The notes beneath the pieces are model-generated. The model saw only the letters and a program-made list of their open reading frames with translations, searched no databases and was not told where the DNA came from. Both the position numbers and the translations under genes were made by a program. From Leptonemataceae bacterium (GTDB lineage: Bacteria; Spirochaetota; Leptospiria; Leptospirales; Leptonemataceae), in contig OZ245742.1 in assembly GCA_965227295.1 (NCBI GenBank), positions 1,504,001 to 1,568,000 on the forward strand: a DNA stretch of 64,000 nucleotides, written 5' to 3'. Of this stretch, positions 18,823-27,208 are shown piece after piece (the stretch's first letter is position 1; every line of letters begins with the position of its first letter).

Positions 18823-19884
18823 ATGAAAGCATTGATCGTCGGCCTCGGTTCCATCGGCGCGCGCCACGCGAATAATCTCCATGCGTTGGGCGTGCACGAC
18901 CTCAGCGTCTATCGCACCAGTGATAGACCGCCGCCGCGATCCATTCCGGACGAGGTCCGCACCTTCCACGACTATAACGAGGCGCTCAACGAGAAGCCGG
19001 ACATCGTCATCATCGCGAATCCGACGTCATTGCACCTGGACTTCGCGCTGGAAGCTGCACGCCGGGGTTGTCATCTCTACTTAGAAAAACCCGTGTCGCA
19101 TACCATGAAAGGTGTTGCCGAACTTACGGAGGCTGTGCGTGCAAACGGTTGTACGGCCATCGTCGGTTGCCAGTTGCGTTATCATCCCGGTCTGCGGAAG
19201 GTGAAAGACTGGATTGACGAAGGCCTGGCCGGTCGCATCATGACCGCCCAGGTCGACCTCGGCGAGTACCTCCCCGGCTGGCATCCCTGGGAAGACTATC
19301 GCACGAGCTACGCGGCAAAGTCGGGGATGGGCGGCGGAGTGATACTCACACTCATTCACGAACTGGACTATTGCCATTGGTTGTTCGGTCGCGCACGACG
19401 GATCTTTGCCATGGGCGGGCATCGCACGCTGCTTGAAGTCGGCGAAGACCTGGACGACACGGCGATGATCTCCCTGGAAACCGAGTCCGGTGTGCTGGTG
19501 CAGCTTCGCATGGATTACTGGCGCCGGCCGCCCGTGCGCAGGTTCGCCGCCGCCGGGGATCGAGGCTGTATCCACTGGGACTATACGCACGGAACGGCCG
19601 TGCTTGTGCGCCATCCTGCTGCCGATGCACCCGGCGCCATTCCGGCCGCGGACTGGCAGGACGACATCGTGCAGGAGGCCTTCGCCCTTCCGGACGACTT
19701 TGATCGCAACGAGCTTTTTCTTGATGCTATGAATGATTTTCTGGAATCGATTCGCACCGGGAAGGAGCCGGCGGTGCCCCTGTCCGAGGGCGTGGCCGTG
19801 CTGGAAACGGCCCTGGCCGCGAAGGCTTCGATCCAGGACGGCCAGGTTCACGGCGGAGCCGGGGAGCATTCGTCGGCCCGGTGA
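18823..19884 (+). CDS. Gfo/Idh/MocA oxidoreductase
   Basis: GLGSIGARH, LEKP and IHELD. Confidence 0.85.
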   Translation: MKALIVGLGSIGARHANNLHALGVHDLSVYRTSDRPPPRSIPDEVRTFHDYNEALNEKPDIVIIANPTSLHLDFALEAARRGCHLYLEKPVSHTMKGVAELTEAVRANGCTAIVGCQLRYHPGLRKVKDWIDEGLAGRIMTAQVDLGEYLPGWHPWEDYRTSYAAKSGMGGGVILTLIHELDYCHWLFGRARRIFAMGGHRTLLEVGEDLDDTAMISLETESGVLVQLRMDYWRRPPVRRFAAAGDRGCIHWDYTHGTAVLVRHPAADAPGAIPAADWQDDIVQEAFALPDDFDRNELFLDAMNDFLESIRTGKEPAVPLSEGVAVLETALAAKASIQDGQVHGGAGEHSSAR

Positions 19885-21359
19885 GCGTTCCGGAGAATCA
19901 CACATACTTCCTGGCCATGAACCAGGGTTTCATGATCCGCTATTTCTTGCAGACGGATATCTTTCCGACTTTGCAGCAGTCCGGGCACACCATCGTCATC
20001 CTTACGCCGGAGCCCGAAGCGGAAGAGTTTCGCAGCTACGGTGCGTTCGAGAACGTCGTCCTCGAAAAGTACGAAGAAGAACGCTATCGCAATTATCTGC
20101 GCGGCTCCTGGACGGAGCAGTGGTTGAAACAACTACGGCTGTTCGTGCAAAACGCGAACGGAGGCGACATTACAACGACGACGGACGTCTATCGCGCATA
20201 CTTAAAGGACAACGAAGAGTTCCACCGGACGTTCAAAGGACGCATCGCCTACATTGTGTTTCACGTCGCGGTCACGCTGTTTCGGCGGAGTCGCTTGCTG
20301 CGCCGCTTGCTCTTGTGGAGCGAGCATCGATTCTTTACGCCGCGAATTCACGAGGCGCTTTTCCAGAAGTACAGGCCGCAGGCTTTAATTACTGCGAGCC
20401 TGGGCACCTTCGACTACGATCAATTTCTGATGCGAGAGGCCCGGCGTCACGGAACAAAAACCGTCTCGGTAGTCCTGAGCTGGGATAATACCACCACTCG
20501 CGGCATGCCGGGGGCCGTGCCGGATCACGTCGTCGCCTGGACCGAGGCCATGCGCCGGGAACTCGTGGATCTCAACGACATTCCCGATCGCAAGATCAGC
20601 GTCGGTGGGGTGGCGCACTTCGATCATTACTATCGCGCAGAGACCTTTTTGGATCGCACGACGTTCTGCAAACAACTGGGGCTGGATCCTGCTAAGAAGA
20701 TTTTATTTTATGTTACGAAGTCCCCGAACGGTTACGCCTATAACGCCGATATCGCTGAAATGATGCTCCGGGCCTTGCGCGAGGGGCGCATTGAACATGC
20801 GGACGGCGTACAGCTTTTGGTGCGTCTGCATCCGATCTATCTTCGCCGCGGGCCGGACGGGAAACTGAACTTCCAGTACTTTTTGAATCAGTTCGACCGG
20901 CTTGCGGAGCAATATCCGGAACTGATTATCAACCGCCCACGGATGGGTTCCGGGAGTGTGAACTTCTTAATGCCGCGGGAAGAGATCAACCTGCTCGCAT
21001 CGATTCTCAAACACAGCTCCGTCGTGATCAACTGCTTCTCTACGCTGAACATCGAAGCGAGCATCTTCGACGTGCCCATGGTAAACGTCACCTTCGAAGG
21101 TACTTCGTACGACGGCCCGGCGAAGGGGCGCTACAACATCGACATCGACCTCCGGCAGACCCATAACCAGCGCGTGGTGAAAACGGGCGGTCTGGCAATG
21201 GTCTACAACGAGGACGAGTTAATTGCCGCGGTGAACGAGGGACTCCAGGAGCCCGCCCGCCGCAGCGCCGAACGCGATCAAATCCGCCGCAACGAATGCG
21301 GGCCCTTTCCGGGCCGTGCCGGCCGCAATATCGCGGAGACGATTCTTAGTATTACATGA
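19881..21359 (+). CDS. Putative GT-B transferase (CDP-glycerol/CMP-ulosonate transferase-like)
   Basis: SWDN, VRLHP and FSTLNIEASIFDVP motifs; lies among nonulosonate genes. Confidence 0.5.
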   Translation: MSVPENHTYFLAMNQGFMIRYFLQTDIFPTLQQSGHTIVILTPEPEAEEFRSYGAFENVVLEKYEEERYRNYLRGSWTEQWLKQLRLFVQNANGGDITTTTDVYRAYLKDNEEFHRTFKGRIAYIVFHVAVTLFRRSRLLRRLLLWSEHRFFTPRIHEALFQKYRPQALITASLGTFDYDQFLMREARRHGTKTVSVVLSWDNTTTRGMPGAVPDHVVAWTEAMRRELVDLNDIPDRKISVGGVAHFDHYYRAETFLDRTTFCKQLGLDPAKKILFYVTKSPNGYAYNADIAEMMLRALREGRIEHADGVQLLVRLHPIYLRRGPDGKLNFQYFLNQFDRLAEQYPELIINRPRMGSGSVNFLMPREEINLLASILKHSSVVINCFSTLNIEASIFDVPMVNVTFEGTSYDGPAKGRYNIDIDLRQTHNQRVVKTGGLAMVYNEDELIAAVNEGLQEPARRSAERDQIRRNECGPFPGRAGRNIAETILSIT

Positions 21360-22504
21360 AGTTATTCTACGTCACCGAGGGACAGGTGCCCTCGCACAGC
21401 GCGCACAGCGTGCACGTCATGAAGATGTGTCAGGCCTTCGTGCAGTGCGGTTGCGAGGTAACGTTGATCGCGCCGAATGACGATCCGCAGGGAACCCTTC
21501 CGAACGTCGAGGAGGTCCAGAATGAGTACGGCATTCGCGATCCTTTCGACATCCGCTGGCTGAGCCGCAGTCCGCGCTTTTCGGGCACCGCGCGTTTTGC
21601 CCGGGCCGCCGTGCGCACGGCCCGCGCCCAGGGAGCCGATGTGATCTTTTCCCGGGCGCTCTTTGCGGCGTTTTGGGGCGGCTTCGGCGCAACGCAGCGC
21701 GCCCCGGTGATTCTGGAATGGCACCTGCCGCCGCGCTCGCTTCAGGAAAAGATCGTCTTCGCCGTTGCGAAACAAAGCGAGCGTGGGGTGCCCTTCGCCG
21801 TGGTCATTACCGAGGCCCTCGCGGAGTTGTATCGTGCGGCCGGTTGGCCGGCGGAACGTTTGATGGTCCTGGCCGATGCGGTGGACCTGGAACGTTTTCC
21901 GGAACCGCGGGACGTGACTTCGGAAAACGGGCGAACCGTCGTCGGCTACACCGGACATCTCTACGACGGCCGTGGCGTGGACGTGTTGCTGGAAACCGCA
22001 CGGCGCCTGCCCGAGGCGCACTTCGTCTTCGTCGGCGGTCGCGACCAGGATGTAGATCACTGGCGACAAGAATCTAACAAAATGAACTTAGGGAACGTCG
22101 AGTTTACCGGGCATCGGCCGAACCGGGAGTTGCCGGAACTGCTCAGCAAAATGGACGTCCTGGTCATGCCGTACCAGAACGTGGTGCGCGTACATAACAA
22201 TAAGGCCGACACGGCCCGGTGGATGTCGCCGATGAAGATGTTCGAGTACATGGCGGCGGGCAAGCCGATCCTCTCCTCCGACCTGCCGGTGCTTCGCGAA
22301 GTACTGGAAGACCGGCGCAACGCCATGCTCGTTCCGTGCGACGAACCCGGGGCCTGGGCCTCGGCCATTCGGGAACTCCGGGAGCGGCCGGACTTCGCGC
22401 GCCGACTCGGCCGGGCGGCCCGCGCCGACGTGGCGGAGAGATATACCTGGAAGAAACGGGCGGAAGCCGTGCTTGCGCGCCTGAAAGACGAGGGCCGATT
22501 GTGA
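21356..22504 (+). CDS. GT4 glycosyltransferase
   Basis: SPMKMFEYMAAGKPILSSDLP. Confidence 0.85.
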   Translation: MKLFYVTEGQVPSHSAHSVHVMKMCQAFVQCGCEVTLIAPNDDPQGTLPNVEEVQNEYGIRDPFDIRWLSRSPRFSGTARFARAAVRTARAQGADVIFSRALFAAFWGGFGATQRAPVILEWHLPPRSLQEKIVFAVAKQSERGVPFAVVITEALAELYRAAGWPAERLMVLADAVDLERFPEPRDVTSENGRTVVGYTGHLYDGRGVDVLLETARRLPEAHFVFVGGRDQDVDHWRQESNKMNLGNVEFTGHRPNRELPELLSKMDVLVMPYQNVVRVHNNKADTARWMSPMKMFEYMAAGKPILSSDLPVLREVLEDRRNAMLVPCDEPGAWASAIRELRERPDFARRLGRAARADVAERYTWKKRAEAVLARLKDEGRL

Positions 22505-23220
22505 GCAAGGCGAACGTTCTTGCGGTGATACCGGCGCGGGGCGGTTCCAAAGGATTGCCCCGCAAGAATTTGCATCCCCTGGCCGGTAAACCGTTGATTG
22601 CGCACAGCATTGCCACGGCCCAGGCCTGTCCGTCCATCGATCGAACCATCGTCACCACCGACGACGAAGAGATCGCGAGCGTGGCGCGAGAGTACGGGGC
22701 AGAGACGCCGTTTCTGCGGCCGCCGGAGCTCGCCCGGGACGACACGCTCGATTTTCCGGTGTTCGTCCACGTTCTCGAATGGCTTGCTGAAAACGAGGAT
22801 GAACATCCGGAGATCATTGTGCAGTTGCGGCCGACGTCGCCCCTGCGTCGCCCGGAAGTCGTAGAATCATCTGTGCAGAAGTTAAAGGAAGATCCGAAGG
22901 CCGACAGCGTGCGCGTGGTCTGTTCGCCCGCGCAAAATCCGTTTAAGATGTGGAAGTTCGTCGAGGGCAGCCCGTACATGCAGCCGCTCATCGACACGGA
23001 CATTCCCGAGCAGTACAACCAGCCGCGGCAGAAGCTGCCGCAGGTATACTGGCAGATCGGCTACGTGGACGCCATCCGCCGCGCGACGATCCTCGAACAA
23101 CGCTCCATGTCCGGCAAAAACATCCTGCCGCTGGTGCTGGAACACGCCAACGTCGTGGACATCGACGACGCCGTGTCGCTGGAAATCGCGGAGATACTCA
23201 TTAAACGCGGCGCTTTTTAA
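22501..23220 (+). CDS. neuA: CMP-nonulosonate synthetase (NeuA-like acylneuraminate cytidylyltransferase)
   Basis: IPARGGSKGLPRKN, LRPTSPLR and DIDD; GTG start at 22501. Confidence 0.85.
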   Translation: MSKANVLAVIPARGGSKGLPRKNLHPLAGKPLIAHSIATAQACPSIDRTIVTTDDEEIASVAREYGAETPFLRPPELARDDTLDFPVFVHVLEWLAENEDEHPEIIVQLRPTSPLRRPEVVESSVQKLKEDPKADSVRVVCSPAQNPFKMWKFVEGSPYMQPLIDTDIPEQYNQPRQKLPQVYWQIGYVDAIRRATILEQRSMSGKNILPLVLEHANVVDIDDAVSLEIAEILIKRGAF

Positions 23221-23375
23221 GAGCAGTGGTTCGTGGCGTTGGCCGTGAGAATCATAGTGTAAGTTGAGAGATAGTACGGGGAATTTTTTGGGTACAACTT
23301 GCGGGAGATGCGGATAGTCGTTTTGCAAAGAGTGGTTACTTCGGCCCGGAACGCTGGTTAGAGGCTCCAGTGATT

Positions 23376-23504
23376 ACGGCGAAGACGCCATTCCTGTCCG
23401 CGCCCCACATATCCCCCGCCCAACAACCGTGGTCGCCTGGAACCAGCCGTACCCATAAAAAGCTTAATCCACATTGGCCGCAACTTACCTCACAGTTCGG
23501 GGCG
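23376..23504. repeat. Conserved ~130-nt non-coding element, copy 1 (possible structured RNA or regulatory site)
   Basis: Collinear with 41382-41511; shares acggcgaagacgcc, cgcgccccaca, ctggaaccagccgtacccataaaa, ttggcc, aacttac and cggggcg. Confidence 0.85.
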
Positions 23505-23524
23505 GCTACGAATATTGATAAGTT

Positions 23525-24358
23525 ATGAATTACAAAGATACAGTCTTCGATCTCAGCGGCCGCGTCGCGTGTGTCAGCGGCGGTGCGGGATTACTGGGGC
23601 GGGAGTTCTGCCGCGCCCTGCTCGACGGCGGTGCCCGGGTGGCCTTGCTGGACCTCGATCGCGCACGCGCCGAAGAGGCGGCCCGCTCTATCGGCGGCGG
23701 AGATGCGCTGAGAGTCGTGGCGGCGGACATCACCGATTCAGAGAGCGTCGGCGCGGCCGTGGCTTCGATTGCCGAAGCCTGGGACGACGTCGACGTGCTC
23801 GTAAACAGCGCCGCCATCGATCCCAAGTTCGATCCGGAAACGCAGAAGCAACGCGCGCGGGGCGGATTCCCGGATTTTCCACTGAGCAACTGGGAGCTGT
23901 CGTTGCGCGTGAATCTTACGGGCACGTATCTGTTGACCCAGGCCGTGTGCCGCGGCCTCGAAAAAAAAGGCAAAGGCTCCATCATCAACATCGCTTCGAT
24001 GTACGGCATCTGCGGGCCGAATCAGGCCCTCTATGAACGTGATGATCGCGGCCCGGACGACCCGCCGGTCTACAAGCCCGCGGACTATACCGTAACAAAA
24101 GCCGGCATGGTCGGTTTTACGAAGTACCTGGCCGCGTACTACGCCGGCACGAATATTCGCGTAAACACGCTGACGCCGGGCGGAGTATTTAATAATCACG
24201 ATGAACAATTTTTGAAGCGTTATCGGGAGCGCGTCATCATGGGACGCATGGCGAACCGTGAGGAGTTCCACGGGGCGATCTTGTTCCTGGCGAGCGATGC
24301 GTCGTCGTACATGACCGGCGCCAACCTGGTCGTCGACGGCGGCTGGAGCGCGTGGTGA
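23525..24358 (+). CDS. SDR oxidoreductase (PtmA/ElaC-like)
   Basis: GGAGLLG, NIASMYG, YTVTK and NLVVDGG. Confidence 0.85.
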   Translation: MNYKDTVFDLSGRVACVSGGAGLLGREFCRALLDGGARVALLDLDRARAEEAARSIGGGDALRVVAADITDSESVGAAVASIAEAWDDVDVLVNSAAIDPKFDPETQKQRARGGFPDFPLSNWELSLRVNLTGTYLLTQAVCRGLEKKGKGSIINIASMYGICGPNQALYERDDRGPDDPPVYKPADYTVTKAGMVGFTKYLAAYYAGTNIRVNTLTPGGVFNNHDEQFLKRYRERVIMGRMANREEFHGAILFLASDASSYMTGANLVVDGGWSAW

Positions 24359-24409
24359 TAGCTTTGAAACCTTTTGCCACAGAGGCAATGCATGATGCCC
24401 AGGCTCTTC

Positions 24410-24529
24410 GCGCCAGGGATTGTAAGGGTTGCGGCGTAGCCGCAAGTCCGGAGCAAAGCGTAGGACCGAAGCGCGTAGCGCGAAGCCCTGGAAAGCCCGG
24501 TCCCTCGCGCAGCGAGGGGGGCGCCCAAA
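24410..24529 (+). repeat. Multi-hairpin REP/MITE-like element, subtype I, copy C
   Basis: gcgccagggattgtaagggttgc...gggcgcccaaa; homologous to the reverse complement of 10479-10600. Confidence 0.8.
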
Positions 24530-24826
24530 AAGGCATTCCGATATTACTTGTTTTTCAGTAGAAAAATGAGACGTTAGATCAGGATCAAGGAATACTTAAA
24601 TGGGCGTTCCCCTCCGCGCCTATCGGCGCGTTTGTGCTCCCGTGGAGGTTTTTCAACAGCCTCGGCCCCGACAGTTCATCTTCCCCCCGGAGCAGCCCGG
24701 TCTCGCAAAACGCCGACGCACCCAAATGAATATTATTGCCTCTACTTCCCTTCGATTCGAGGCATGCCGGATAGAAAAGAGATGACGCGTCATGGTGATC
24801 GCGTGGTAAGGATGTGACTTCGCATT

Positions 24827-26113
24827 ATGAGTAGTTCTGAAAAATTCGCAGTGTTGGGTCTGGGCTACGTGGGCCTCCCCGTGGCGCTGGCCCTGGCCGA
24901 GCAGTTCGGCGACGTCGTCGGCTTCGACATCAGCAATGAGCGCATCCAGGAACTGAAGTCGGGACACGACCGTACCGGCGAGACGGAACCGGGAGAACTC
25001 GAGCGCAGTTCGCTGAAGTTCAGCGCAGACGCTGGCGATCTGAAGGACCGCACGTTCTACATCGTCACCGTACCGACGCCCATCGACGAGAACCGCCAGC
25101 CCCGCCTCGAACCGTTACGCAAAGCGTGCGAGCTCATCGGGCCGTTGCTGCAAAAGGGCGACCTGGTCGTCTTCGAATCTACGGTCTATCCCGGGCTCAC
25201 CGAGGAGATTTGCGGGCCGTGGCTGGAGCGGCACGCGAATCTTAAGGCCGGCACGGACTTTAAACTGGGCTACGCTCCGGAGCGCATGAATCCGGGGGAC
25301 AAAGAACATACGTTGCAGAAGATCATTCGTGTGGTGGCCGGCCAGGATGCGGAAACCCTGGAGCGGGTCGCGCGGGTGTACGACGCGATCGTTCCCGCGG
25401 GAGTTCACAGGGCGACTTCCATCCGCGTGGCCGAGGCGGCGAAGGTCATCGAGAACACCCAGCGCGACTTGAACATCGCGCTCATGAACGAACTCGCCGT
25501 AATATTCGATCGCCTTGGGTTAAGGACGAAGGACGTTCTCGACGCCGCGCGTACCAAGTGGAACTTCCTGCCGTTCTCGCCGGGCCTCGTCGGCGGTCAC
25601 TGCATCGGCGTGGACCCGTACTATTTAACCAGCAAAGCCGAGGCCGTCGGCTATCATCCTCAGGTCATCCTGGCCGGACGGCGCATTAATGATCACATGG
25701 GCGCGTTCGTGGCTCAGAAGCTTGTGAAGCTCATGATCGGTCGCAATCTTCCGGTGAAGGACGCGCGCGTGGGCGTGCTCGGACTGACGTTCAAGGAAAA
25801 CGTTCCCGACCTGCGCAACTCCCGCGTACCGGATATTCTGAACGAACTCAGGCAGTTCGGCATTGAACCCGCGGTGCACGATCCGCTGGCATCCATGGAA
25901 GAGGCGCGCCATGAGTACGATGTCGAACTTTCGGATTTCCGCAACTGGAGCGAGCTGGATGGTCTCATCCTCGCGGTACCGCACCGGGCCTACCTCGACA
26001 ACCTGGACGAACTTACGGGCGTCGTGAAAAAGGGCGGCGTGCTGATCGACGTGAAGTCCGTGCTGGAACCGGGTACCGGCCGCGAGCGCGAACTCGTGTA
26101 CTGGAGCCTCTGA
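24827..26113 (+). CDS. UDP-N-acetylhexosamine 6-dehydrogenase (WbpO/TviB-like)
   Basis: GLGYVGLP, ESTVYPG, KVIENTQRDLNIA and GGHCIGVDP. Confidence 0.85.
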   Translation: MSSSEKFAVLGLGYVGLPVALALAEQFGDVVGFDISNERIQELKSGHDRTGETEPGELERSSLKFSADAGDLKDRTFYIVTVPTPIDENRQPRLEPLRKACELIGPLLQKGDLVVFESTVYPGLTEEICGPWLERHANLKAGTDFKLGYAPERMNPGDKEHTLQKIIRVVAGQDAETLERVARVYDAIVPAGVHRATSIRVAEAAKVIENTQRDLNIALMNELAVIFDRLGLRTKDVLDAARTKWNFLPFSPGLVGGHCIGVDPYYLTSKAEAVGYHPQVILAGRRINDHMGAFVAQKLVKLMIGRNLPVKDARVGVLGLTFKENVPDLRNSRVPDILNELRQFGIEPAVHDPLASMEEARHEYDVELSDFRNWSELDGLILAVPHRAYLDNLDELTGVVKKGGVLIDVKSVLEPGTGRERELVYWSL

Positions 26114-26149
26114 GGCCGGGGCCGGGCAGCGGTCCGCGTTTTATCTGCT

Positions 26150-27169
26150 ATGAAAAAAGTCTTACTCACCGGCACGGCTGGATTCATCGGCTTTCATTTT
26201 TGCCGGCGTCTGCTGGATGAGGGCTACGCCGTCGTCGGCTTCGACAGTGTCAACGACTACTACGATGTTAACTTAAAGCGGGCGCGCCTTAAGAAAATTG
26301 CCGAACACGAGCATGCCTCCCGTTTTTTGCAGATCGAAGCGGATCTGGGAGATCGTGGGGCCGTAGAACGGGCCTTTGCCGATCACAAACCGGACCTCGT
26401 CGTAAACCTGGCGGCCCAGGCCGGTGTGCGCTACTCGCTCACAAATCCGCACGCATACACGCATTCGAACATCACGGGTTTTCTGAATATTCTCGAAGGC
26501 TGTCGCCACGGCAACGTGGAGCACCTGGTCTTCGCGTCCTCGTCTTCGGTCTACGGCGCGAATAAAAGCATGCCGTTTTCGATCCACGATAACATCGATC
26601 ATCCGCTGAGTTTGTACGCCGCGAGTAAGAAAGCCAACGAACTCATGGCCCACAGCTACTCGCATCTCTACAATCTGCCCGTGACCGGTTTGCGTTTTTT
26701 TACCGTCTACGGCCCCTGGGGCCGGCCGGACATGGCGATGTTTCTGTTTATGAAGGCCATCCTCGAAGATCGACCCATCGACGTCTTCAATCATGGCAAC
26801 ATGATGCGCGACTTTACATACATTGACGACATCGTCGAGGGCATCTTTAGGGTGATGCGCAACACGGCCGCACCGAATCCCGACTGGTCCGGAGAGAATC
26901 CGGATCCCGGGACGGGCAAGGGGCCGTATCGTATTTATAACATCGGCAACAACAAACCCGTGAAGCTGATGTACATGATCGAGGTGCTGGAAAAGTGCCT
27001 GGGCAAAACCGCCGAGAAGAACATGCTGCCCATGCAACCCGGCGACGTGCCCGAGACCTACGCCGACATTGACGACCTGGTGCGGGACGTGGGCTTTCAA
27101 CCATCCACGCCGATCGAAACGGGCATTGAACGATTTGTGGCCTGGTATCGTGAGTTTTACGGGATGTAA
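26150..27169 (+). CDS. UDP-glucuronate 4-epimerase-like NAD-dependent epimerase
   Basis: LAAQAGVRYS, YAASKK and FFTVYGPWGRPDMA. Confidence 0.85.
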   Translation: MKKVLLTGTAGFIGFHFCRRLLDEGYAVVGFDSVNDYYDVNLKRARLKKIAEHEHASRFLQIEADLGDRGAVERAFADHKPDLVVNLAAQAGVRYSLTNPHAYTHSNITGFLNILEGCRHGNVEHLVFASSSSVYGANKSMPFSIHDNIDHPLSLYAASKKANELMAHSYSHLYNLPVTGLRFFTVYGPWGRPDMAMFLFMKAILEDRPIDVFNHGNMMRDFTYIDDIVEGIFRVMRNTAAPNPDWSGENPDPGTGKGPYRIYNIGNNKPVKLMYMIEVLEKCLGKTAEKNMLPMQPGDVPETYADIDDLVRDVGFQPSTPIETGIERFVAWYREFYGM

Positions 27170-27208
27170 TTCTTGCGTTAGCGATTACTTCTATAGCTAT
27201 AATACCTT

